From: an uncultured Ignavibacteriaceae bacterium
GTDB taxonomy: Bacteria > Bacteroidota > Ignavibacteria > Ignavibacteriales > Ignavibacteriaceae
Length of the DNA: 64,000 nucleotides
Assembly (NCBI GenBank): GCA_964639355.1
Contig: CAZXCP010000005.1
Span: forward strand, 4,286-68,285
Reading direction: 5' to 3'
Shown in pieces: positions 30,302 through 38,491 of this stretch. Position 1 is the first letter of the stretch; each line of letters begins with the position of its first letter. The notes under the pieces are model-generated. The model searched no databases, was not told the origin of the DNA, and saw only the letters and a program-made list of their open reading frames with translations. Made by a program: the position numbers and the translations under genes.

Positions 30302-32734
30302 CTATTTTATAAGTATCATTTTCTTCGCTTCAACAAATTCTCCGGCGGTCATTCTGTATATATAACTGCCGCTGCTCACCTTCGATCCGTTATTATCAAA
30401 CCCGTCCCAATTCAATGTATGTGTCCCGGCTTTAGTATCTCCATTCACCAGAGTTTTAATTTCCTGTCCAATCATATCATAGATTTTTATGGTAACATAT
30501 TCGTCTTTAGGAATTGAAAAACTTATAAGTGTAGAGGGGTTGAATGGATTTGGGAAGTTCTGGAATAATCTATAATCCGTCACCAAAGATGGATTAGAGT
30601 ACAGCATCTCAATTTCAACCTTTTGCATGGCGTTATTATTTTCATCGGCAATGATTACATTTTCTACAACAATTGTTGAAGGATCTGAGAGAGTGAAAGT
30701 AATACCTGCAGCAACAAATTGTCCGGGATCAATAGTATTTGCCTGACCGTCATAAGATATAATTCTCAACAAACTATGATTCTGATAATAATATGCCTGG
30801 TCAAATACTGAATTTATTTTAGTTTCCGGCGGTATAATGGAATTGAGCTGACTCAATTCAATCTGTAATCCTTTTACTTTTTTATCCGATTCCAATCCAA
30901 TCATAATTCCATCTGCCGTAAGATAGAATGTTAATTTAGCGTTCATACCCGGAGAAAGTTTGTTTGAAGAAGTTGTTGCAAGGTTAACAGGTGTTAAGAC
31001 TGGTTTATAAATAGATCCACCGCTTGGATATAAGCCCGTAAGTACAATGTTTTGCAAAACCGCTAAATCAAGAACATTAATAATTCCATCCGGTGAAGGA
31101 AGCGGATTTCCGGTTCCCCATGGAGCTATATCTGCTTTTTCAAATTGTTCCGATGAAAAAGTCATCCTGCCTAGCATATAATCGATCATTGAAAGTATAT
31201 CAAGGATATTAACATTGTTATCCAGATTTACATCACCCAATAACCCCATTAATGTACCATTATAAATATTGATAACTTCATCAGCACCGGTTGAAATGTT
31301 GGCATCACCAACCGGTGAAATTGTTGCGCCCGTAACGTCTGATAGACCATTAAAAGTCTGATCGTTATTGCCAACTATACTTAATATATCATAAGTAAAT
31401 ATCAGTATATCCTGATCATCAGTATCCGGTTGGATTGCATTACTTCCATTTCCTAAGATTACAACTTTTACTGTATCAACTTTAGACCCGTCTGGTAAGT
31501 ACGCGCCTTCATAAATTTCATAACTCAGATTAAATTGGTCAGCAGGAATTGCATTACCTCTTGCAACCGATTTTAAGATTAATTTACCATTGGTTTTTCC
31601 CACTAACAGGTTGAATTGCAGAGCTTTCATTGGTTGACCTGAATAACCTGCCAGGACTATGGTATCAGGATTATCAGTTGTTCCATCAAGCAGATTTCGA
31701 ACCGGTGATTTAAATCGTAATAGACCACCTTGAGAAGAAGCCTCACCCATGCCGGTTACTGTTAAAGCAGCCGGCGAACCTGCAGCATTATGAGCAAAAG
31801 TAATCTCGCCATTTGATTCACCTTCACTTAAAGGAGCAAATGTAATGTCGAATATCTGTGAGCCGGATGGAGGAATTATAACCGGAAATGAGTTAGGAAT
31901 GAATGTGAATTCCGGATTTGAAGATAACATATTTGAAATTTCAAGGTTATCGGTTGTTCCCAAATTTTCAACCGTCACTTGCAGTATTTCAGAGCTTCCA
32001 ACGCTTACATTTCCAAAATCCAGAGAATTTGGATTCATTGAAAATACAACTGAGGGTGCAGTTACATCAATACTGAAATCATCAATTGCAAGACCATCAT
32101 CAGATGCAGCGATATCAAAATCTGTCCATCTTATCCAAAACTCAGCATCATCCGGAATTGACAAGCCGGTAATTACATAAGTAACAACCGAACGGTTTTC
32201 AATTGAATTTCCATTCGTAGCTCCTGAGTTTGTATTTATATTCGGACTTTGAAAATCTAATTGATCAACATCGGTCCAATCACCATCTGCTAGCGTAGTT
32301 GCATTAATGCTGTATTGAAAATCCAGTCTATCTGCTGCATTCCGGTTTGTAACACCAGCACGCCATTGTTCTCCGGTATAAGTTATGTGCAGAGATGTAA
32401 TTGTTTCACCTGTATTGTTAATGAAATTAGCACCAAAAGTGGAGATAAGTGTTCCTGTTCTCAAGCTGCCAAGCGCCCTGTCCGTATCATCAGTTGAACC
32501 GTAGCTATATGTATCTCCACCACTTGAAGATCCTGTATTTGCTGCATATTCAGTATTTGCACTTGTACCGCTTTCAAGCAAGTACCAGCCATCAGGTAAA
32601 ACAGAAGATGTTCCTGTTGTGACCAAAGTGTTGAAATCCTGAAGATATGCACCTGAACCTGTCAGTGAAATTTGAGAATAGATGAGAGAACCAAACGAAA
32701 GGAAAAACACTACTAGATACCCACACGTTTTCAT
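30302..32734 (-). CDS. T9SS-sorted multidomain surface protein with dockerin-like and cohesin-like modules
   Basis: Signal peptide. An Ig-like module (DFGNVSVGSSEILQVTVENLGT) precedes a dockerin-type Ca-binding pair (GDVNLDNNVNILDILSMIDYMLG ... ADIAP..PDGIINVLDLAVLQNIVL). That pair is flanked by two cohesin-like segments (..KALQFNLL.., ..KGLQIEL..). T9SS CTD at the end. Confidence 0.8.
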   Translation of the reverse strand: MKTCGYLVVFFLSFGSLIYSQISLTGSGAYLQDFNTLVTTGTSSVLPDGWYLLESGTSANTEYAANTGSSSGGDTYSYGSTDDTDRALGSLRTGTLISTFGANFINNTGETITSLHITYTGEQWRAGVTNRNAADRLDFQYSINATTLADGDWTDVDQLDFQSPNINTNSGATNGNSIENRSVVTYVITGLSIPDDAEFWIRWTDFDIAASDDGLAIDDFSIDVTAPSVVFSMNPNSLDFGNVSVGSSEILQVTVENLGTTDNLEISNMLSSNPEFTFIPNSFPVIIPPSGSQIFDITFAPLSEGESNGEITFAHNAAGSPAALTVTGMGEASSQGGLLRFKSPVRNLLDGTTDNPDTIVLAGYSGQPMKALQFNLLVGKTNGKLILKSVARGNAIPADQFNLSYEIYEGAYLPDGSKVDTVKVVILGNGSNAIQPDTDDQDILIFTYDILSIVGNNDQTFNGLSDVTGATISPVGDANISTGADEVINIYNGTLMGLLGDVNLDNNVNILDILSMIDYMLGRMTFSSEQFEKADIAPWGTGNPLPSPDGIINVLDLAVLQNIVLTGLYPSGGSIYKPVLTPVNLATTSSNKLSPGMNAKLTFYLTADGIMIGLESDKKVKGLQIELSQLNSIIPPETKINSVFDQAYYYQNHSLLRIISYDGQANTIDPGQFVAAGITFTLSDPSTIVVENVIIADENNNAMQKVEIEMLYSNPSLVTDYRLFQNFPNPFNPSTLISFSIPKDEYVTIKIYDMIGQEIKTLVNGDTKAGTHTLNWDGFDNNGSKVSSGSYIYRMTAGEFVEAKKMILIK

Positions 32735-33190
32735 AACTCCTCCATTGTTTTATGATTAGTTTATTTACTCATTTACAAATTAAATAGTAAATGAGGTTAG
32801 AAATTCTAAAATATACAGCAGAAAATAACAGCTTATCTATAAACCTGATATAAAAACATGACACGGTTTTATTTGACTGGACTGGAATAATGGCAAAATC
32901 TTTAAGAAATGCGGATCGAAGGAAGGATCGAAAGAAAGATTTCACCACCAATAAATCGTTTCAATTCAAATCTGATGCAAACTTAGTATAAGATTTTAGT
33001 AATGTCAAACTGTCTGATAATTTTTTTGAATTTTTTTTCACAATGAATTTTTGAAGCGATTCATTGGTCTATTGATTTAGATGGTTGAGTATTGTCCTCA
33101 ATATGCACATATAAAGAATTGAAAGCAGAGTTATTTTCGAAATGAAAAAAGTCTTGCTAAGGTAAAGAGTCAGAGTTGTCAACATATAAT

Positions 33191-33221
33191 CCTCCGGGTA
33201 TAAAAAATCCCCGGAGGTTTT
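33191..33221. terminator. GC-rich hairpin below 33231..34100
   Basis: CCTCCGGG-11 nt-CCCGGAGG. The T-run (TTTT) lies on the plus-strand side, although the adjacent gene is on the minus strand. Confidence 0.4.
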
Positions 33222-33230
33222 CTTTGAATA

Positions 33231-34064
33231 CTATTTAATTAATAAAAGTTTTTTAGTTTCAGAGAACTCACCAGAAGTTAAGCGATAGAAATATGTACCG
33301 CTTGGGAGATTAATTGCGTTAAATTCAGCACTGTATTTACCGGGCGACTGATATTCATTTACAAGCACTGCAACTTTATTTCCAAGTAAATCATATATCT
33401 TTAATTCAGTAAAAGATGCTTCAGAAATACTATACTCAATACTGGTTAATGGATTAAATGGATTGGGATAATTCTGCTGAAGAGAATATTCAACCGGAAT
33501 CTGATCAATCTGCTGAACACTGGTAGCTTGTCCAAAGCTCAATTGGTCAATAAGTGCATAGGTACCTATACCGGGATCAGTTTGACTATCACTTAGGATT
33601 TGAAATTGGACTATTATTGAATCAGGTATCTGACCATTTCCAATAATTTCTGCGCTAAATTGTGAATAATTTGATGATGCAGACTCTATTTCAACTACTC
33701 CAATTCCTATTAATAGCCCATCTTTAAAAGTATATGCAAGTCCGATTAGAATCATCTCGTTAATTGTCGGATGAAACTGATAATAACCATTCAGGCTACC
33801 GTAATCTTGGTTGATAGGAAAAGTTGTTGATAAAGCAGGATAAATAGGTCCACCGTTAAAATCTGCAACTTCCAGCTTTGCTGCTAATGAACCTGATTGT
33901 GAAGTCCCGCTGGATGAAACTGTAACCCAGGTTCCGGGCAGGTTATTTGTCAACCAATTATCAGGCTCACCATCTGACCAATTTTCAAATCCGCTATTAG
34001 GAATTTGTGCATTCAGGTTTAACAAGCATAATCCTGTCAGTAAAAAAATATAAAAATATTTCAT
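33231..34064 (-). CDS. Small T9SS-sorted secreted protein
   Basis: Signal peptide from the internal ATG (MKYFYIFLLTGLCLLNLNAQ; track ORF extends to 34100). N-terminal IPNSGFENWSDGEPDNW block. T9SS CTD. Confidence 0.75.
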   Translation of the reverse strand: MKYFYIFLLTGLCLLNLNAQIPNSGFENWSDGEPDNWLTNNLPGTWVTVSSSGTSQSGSLAAKLEVADFNGGPIYPALSTTFPINQDYGSLNGYYQFHPTINEMILIGLAYTFKDGLLIGIGVVEIESASSNYSQFSAEIIGNGQIPDSIIVQFQILSDSQTDPGIGTYALIDQLSFGQATSVQQIDQIPVEYSLQQNYPNPFNPLTSIEYSISEASFTELKIYDLLGNKVAVLVNEYQSPGKYSAEFNAINLPSGTYFYRLTSGEFSETKKLLLIK

Positions 34065-34104
34065 AAAGCCTCCTTTGATAAAAAATTCCGGATTAATCAA
34101 TGTA

Positions 34105-35388
34105 TTATAATTTTATAAACTCAACTCTTCTGTTATTTGCTTTTCCTTCGGATGTTGAATTGGAATCAACAGGTTTGCTTTCACCCCAGCCTCTGATGGT
34201 AAATCGGGAGGCATCGATTCCTGACTTCACAAGTGCATTCTTAACAGAAGCAGCTCTTTCTTCAGAAAGCTTCTGATTAAAAGAATCATCACCATCACTG
34301 TCTGTATGTCCTTCAATACTGAATTTCAAATCGGAATACTCTTTCATCATTTTAACTATTTCGTTAAGTGTACCCATCGATTCACCTTTAATAGTGGATC
34401 TATTTACATCAAATAAAATTCCGGTTGTTACAAATTTTCCATCTGAAAGTACTCTTTCATAAAGTGTTTTACCACCTTCGTTCAATCGTACATTTTTTAT
34501 TGAAGCACTATTAATGTGTCGTGTATCGTAAGAAACACCGATGGAAAACATTTCGGGTTTATATCCAAGGTTCGGAATATTGATAACTCTTTCTTCATCC
34601 AAATAGACCTTTAGTGATCTTTGATTGAAAGCAATTGCAACTCTTTTCCATTTACCTTTCCAACTTTTCTGGTCAGATTCATAGCCTTTTATTTTACTTC
34701 CAAATTTCTCTTTCTTAACTTCATTCCATTTAATATCAACAGGATATCTCCTCAATCCGTCAATATTCTTCCATCCCGCAGCTCCATCGTAGAAGCGAAC
34801 TGAATAAAAGTTTGTACGTTTCGTTGCCAATTCATCAAAATAAACATCGAACTCAATTGTAAATACTTCTGGCAGGAAGTTATTCTTGTCCATTAGCGGA
34901 ACAATTATAGAATTATTATTTGTAAAGTGAATTACATTATCACTGCCTAATTGAGCTACTTCAGCACTTCCTTTGATCAGATCCCAGCGGGAAGGGAACT
35001 CACCATTTTCTTCACCAACCAGATCATCCTGGAAAATAACTTTGTCACCGGCAACAAAATCATACTTTGACCACATCTTTAATTTTTCATCAGGTGATTG
35101 ATTCGAATTTGAAGATTCTATTTCATTTGTGCCGGAGGTAGTTGAAGATCCAGTATTGTTAGAACCTGTTTGATTATTTTCTTTTTGATTATCCTGATTT
35201 TCAGTACCGGTATTTTCAATTGCATCTTCGGTTGCATCAAGCCCTTTATCAATTGTTTTGTCCACGCCTTTTTCAATTCTTTTTTCAACTTTTTTCTTGA
35301 GTTTCTTTCCAAGATCAAATTGAGCAAGTGCTTCATAAGAAAAAGCGAATATTAAAGTTAACGCGATGATCATTGTTAATGTTTTCAT
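34105..35388 (-). CDS. OmpA-family protein with low-complexity linker and jelly-roll-like middle domain
   Basis: Signal peptide, then a K/E- and S/N/T-rich linker. C-terminal OmpA/MotB peptidoglycan-binding domain (IEGHTDSDGDDSFNQKLSEERAASV...NRRVEF). It starts 4 nt after the upstream gene ends. Confidence 0.85.
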   Translation of the reverse strand: MKTLTMIIALTLIFAFSYEALAQFDLGKKLKKKVEKRIEKGVDKTIDKGLDATEDAIENTGTENQDNQKENNQTGSNNTGSSTTSGTNEIESSNSNQSPDEKLKMWSKYDFVAGDKVIFQDDLVGEENGEFPSRWDLIKGSAEVAQLGSDNVIHFTNNNSIIVPLMDKNNFLPEVFTIEFDVYFDELATKRTNFYSVRFYDGAAGWKNIDGLRRYPVDIKWNEVKKEKFGSKIKGYESDQKSWKGKWKRVAIAFNQRSLKVYLDEERVINIPNLGYKPEMFSIGVSYDTRHINSASIKNVRLNEGGKTLYERVLSDGKFVTTGILFDVNRSTIKGESMGTLNEIVKMMKEYSDLKFSIEGHTDSDGDDSFNQKLSEERAASVKNALVKSGIDASRFTIRGWGESKPVDSNSTSEGKANNRRVEFIKL

Positions 35389-35424
35389 TTTTACTCCTTA
35401 CTATTATGAGTGAATTTCAAAATT

Positions 35425-35454
35425 AAAAAGGAGTGTAACCTCTCGTTACACTCC
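35425..35454 (-). terminator. Rho-independent terminator after 35474..38398
   Basis: On the minus strand, GGAGTGTAAC-GAGAG-GTTACACTCC followed by TTTTT. Confidence 0.65.
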
Positions 35455-35473
35455 TTATGTGCTTCCCATGATG

Positions 35474-38398
35474 TTACTTTAACAGCAACATCTTTCTGGT
35501 TGATGAATAACTACCAGCCTGAATTTTGTAGAAATATACTCCGCTTGATAAACTACCTGCATTAAAAGTTACAGAATGAACTCCACGGGCTTTTTCTTCA
35601 TTGACTAAAGAAGCAACTTCATTTCCAAGTATGTCATAAACCTTCAGCGAAACATTTCCGCTTTCCGGGATAGAATATTTAATTGTTGTTACCGGATTAA
35701 ATGGATTTGGGTAGTTTTGAGCAAGGTTATAATTATTCGGACTTAACAGTAAACCTTCATCCTCAATACGGGTTGCCTGGTTTTTTAAAAACATTGTGTC
35801 ATCAATCGATCCGTTATTTCCATTGTCAATAAGTATCATCAAAGGTTGATTATGCAGATTATTCCAGTCCGGCACAAGTTGATGGCCTGTATTCTGAGCA
35901 ATCTGTACTGCGTTATGCTCAAATATAATTTCGCCATCAGGAGAAAGATCGATTACTCTTAAATTATATAGATTACCCTGACCATAATTATTGAACAGCA
36001 GTTCACTACCTGCTAATTGTTTTATGTTAAGAGAATCACCTGATGAAAATGTTATATTATTAAACGTGAACACCCTTTCATTAAGGCTTTCATCAAGAAT
36101 TATTGTGGTTAATTCGATGTCCTTTGCGCTATTATCAGGATTGATGATTTTAATTCCATCAACTGAAAAACCAAATAGATCAATTTCATCTGGTTGAGCA
36201 TCATTTCTAAAGTAACTGTATAAACTCATCTCGGATTGAAATAATATATTTGAAGACTGAGAAGTGAAGTTATCCATTGAAACCTGGTAGCTGTTTTCAG
36301 GGAGATAATAACCCGTTGGCGGATGGAAGTATCCTGTTTCCGGTATTATTGGAATAGCATCTGACATATTGTTGAAAGCCATACTGTCCTGATAACCGAT
36401 CTGTTCACCATTTACTGATGTAATAACTACCTCTGCTTCAACTGAGTTTAGTATTGTCAATCTTGATGAACCATTCTGGTTTTCATTATACGAAGATTTA
36501 ATACCGAACATTGGTCTGAGAGTTAATGTGTCAAGAAAGAATGCACTTTCATTGTGAAGATAACAATCGGTTGTAGCCGAACCCCAGTTCATACTTGTGC
36601 TGTCATTCCAAGTATTTGCTACTGAATCAATGTAAATGAATTGAGTGAAGTCATTAGGGTTATTAGGATTATAGACCCATACATTGAAATTGGAAGAGTT
36701 ATCTGCTCTTTCCAATCTGTACGGAACAACTGCATGACCACCGGCCCCGTTAGTGTTCGGATATCTTAACGGTTTGCCGTCTGAATTATTCTGACCGAAT
36801 AGTTCCTTCAGATTTGCTAATAACTGTCGTGCATCATCATTTGTTCTTTCCAATCTGTAATCAAGAACTTCCTGAGCATTTTGTATTATCTGGAAATAAT
36901 TAATTGCATATCGCGAATCATTATCTACAGCTACCTCAATCAAATCTTCAAATTCACCTATCATCCCTTCAAGTGTTGTGTGTCTGTAATAACCTAACAG
37001 ACTGGTAACAGTGAAACCAAAACATGAACCGCTCCACTGCACGATTATGTTACCCCAGCGTGTTGTTGCTGCATTCCTATAAGAGAGACCATTATCAGTT
37101 TCCTGGTAACAAGCAGATTCGCTGAATACATCAACAAATAAGGGCCAGTCAGGGAAGGAATTACCTGCTGCATTATTAAATGGAGCATTGTTCGGATAGG
37201 TAGAATTTGTAAATGGATCTGTACCGGTCTGATAATTAAACTGGTTTGACCATGCATTTGGCCACATGTTTGTACCACTATTTGTAAAAGACCAGCCATC
37301 CTGATCCAGTTCATACAATTCGAAATCACCGCTGTTGTCAATTCTTGTTAACCACCATGGTTTAATTTTAATTTGATCACTTATAATCTGAAATGTGGTA
37401 TCCTGAGTCTTTACAATTTTTATGTTTGCCTTTGTAGTTAGTAACGAATCCGGTACATCCCAATAGTATTTCCCATCAGAGGACTGATAACCTGATTCAA
37501 TTAACGTAAATTCGCCCCCTTCCTCAGTTCTGTAATAAAGATCCAACTCAGTATTCCACAGACCGTTGCCATACATAATGGAATCAACTTCACCGGCGAT
37601 CATTATATAATCCGGTGGAAAAGTAAATACAGCTCCTCCACCACCACTGCTGAATGACGAATTCCAACTGTAGCCTTCAGCAGCAATTACTCCGCTTGTC
37701 GGAGGATTCGGATCAGCCGCATAGACCGAAACCTGAGCTCCGCTTTTTGTAAGAAATAAATATGAAACACTGGTCATAGTTCCGTTTACCGTCATACTTT
37801 CGCGCAGTCTGAGTGCCTCAAAACTTCCTCCACCGGGTATAGTCATTGTACCATGTGCATCAACTATAACCGATTGCGAAACCTGCGATGATAAGAAAGG
37901 TGAGCCATTATAAAATATGGTTTGCGTGTAAGATTGAGACCAGGTGGAGTTAATTGTAAGTGGAAGAGCTGCTTCAATTCGTGCAGGATTATGTTTTATC
38001 ATGAATAAATCACCCGGTTGTGAATCGAGTGTAATTCCCGCTCCGTGATTATCAAAACTTCCATTGAGGGAAGAATATGTCCATACTTCTCCGAGATCAC
38101 CCTGATAATCGCCAACACTATAAGTAACAATATTTGCACCGGGAAATTCAGCAATGTGTGGCGCTGTAGCCGGATTTATACTTTCAATTTCCATTGTAAG
38201 ATTACCCGTGAACCAGGAAAAGTCCCAGTTATTTCCACCACCCGGTGAGCCAATGTTAACTGAACCTCCGGTATCATTTTCTTTAAGAGTAATTTCATTT
38301 CCTACACTAAACATACTGTTGAAATCACCAGCCGTAATCGTTATCTGAGCAGTGATATTCATTGAAGTTAATAGAAACATGATTATTATAAGTTTCAT
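35474..38398 (-). CDS. Large T9SS-sorted protein with papain-like Cys/His motifs
   Basis: Signal peptide. Central QWSGSCFGF and GGHAVVPY motifs (see finding). T9SS CTD (LAQNYPNPFNPVTTIKYSIP...SGVYFYKIQAGSYSSTRKMLLLK). Confidence 0.8.
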   Translation of the reverse strand: MKLIIIMFLLTSMNITAQITITAGDFNSMFSVGNEITLKENDTGGSVNIGSPGGGNNWDFSWFTGNLTMEIESINPATAPHIAEFPGANIVTYSVGDYQGDLGEVWTYSSLNGSFDNHGAGITLDSQPGDLFMIKHNPARIEAALPLTINSTWSQSYTQTIFYNGSPFLSSQVSQSVIVDAHGTMTIPGGGSFEALRLRESMTVNGTMTSVSYLFLTKSGAQVSVYAADPNPPTSGVIAAEGYSWNSSFSSGGGGAVFTFPPDYIMIAGEVDSIMYGNGLWNTELDLYYRTEEGGEFTLIESGYQSSDGKYYWDVPDSLLTTKANIKIVKTQDTTFQIISDQIKIKPWWLTRIDNSGDFELYELDQDGWSFTNSGTNMWPNAWSNQFNYQTGTDPFTNSTYPNNAPFNNAAGNSFPDWPLFVDVFSESACYQETDNGLSYRNAATTRWGNIIVQWSGSCFGFTVTSLLGYYRHTTLEGMIGEFEDLIEVAVDNDSRYAINYFQIIQNAQEVLDYRLERTNDDARQLLANLKELFGQNNSDGKPLRYPNTNGAGGHAVVPYRLERADNSSNFNVWVYNPNNPNDFTQFIYIDSVANTWNDSTSMNWGSATTDCYLHNESAFFLDTLTLRPMFGIKSSYNENQNGSSRLTILNSVEAEVVITSVNGEQIGYQDSMAFNNMSDAIPIIPETGYFHPPTGYYLPENSYQVSMDNFTSQSSNILFQSEMSLYSYFRNDAQPDEIDLFGFSVDGIKIINPDNSAKDIELTTIILDESLNERVFTFNNITFSSGDSLNIKQLAGSELLFNNYGQGNLYNLRVIDLSPDGEIIFEHNAVQIAQNTGHQLVPDWNNLHNQPLMILIDNGNNGSIDDTMFLKNQATRIEDEGLLLSPNNYNLAQNYPNPFNPVTTIKYSIPESGNVSLKVYDILGNEVASLVNEEKARGVHSVTFNAGSLSSGVYFYKIQAGSYSSTRKMLLLK

Positions 38399-38491
38399 AT
38401 TGCCTCCTTACATGATCGTATTAGATCACTTTAGATATATTAAAAAAGTGGAGTTTGAATTTTTCATACTCCTTATATGTTTCGCTTAATC

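Noticed and set aside
32769-32951. 60-aa minus-strand ORF in the long intergenic gap
   Set aside because: It has no ribosome-binding site and a basic, low-complexity sequence with no motif. It sits where the promoter or leader of 30302..32734 is expected.
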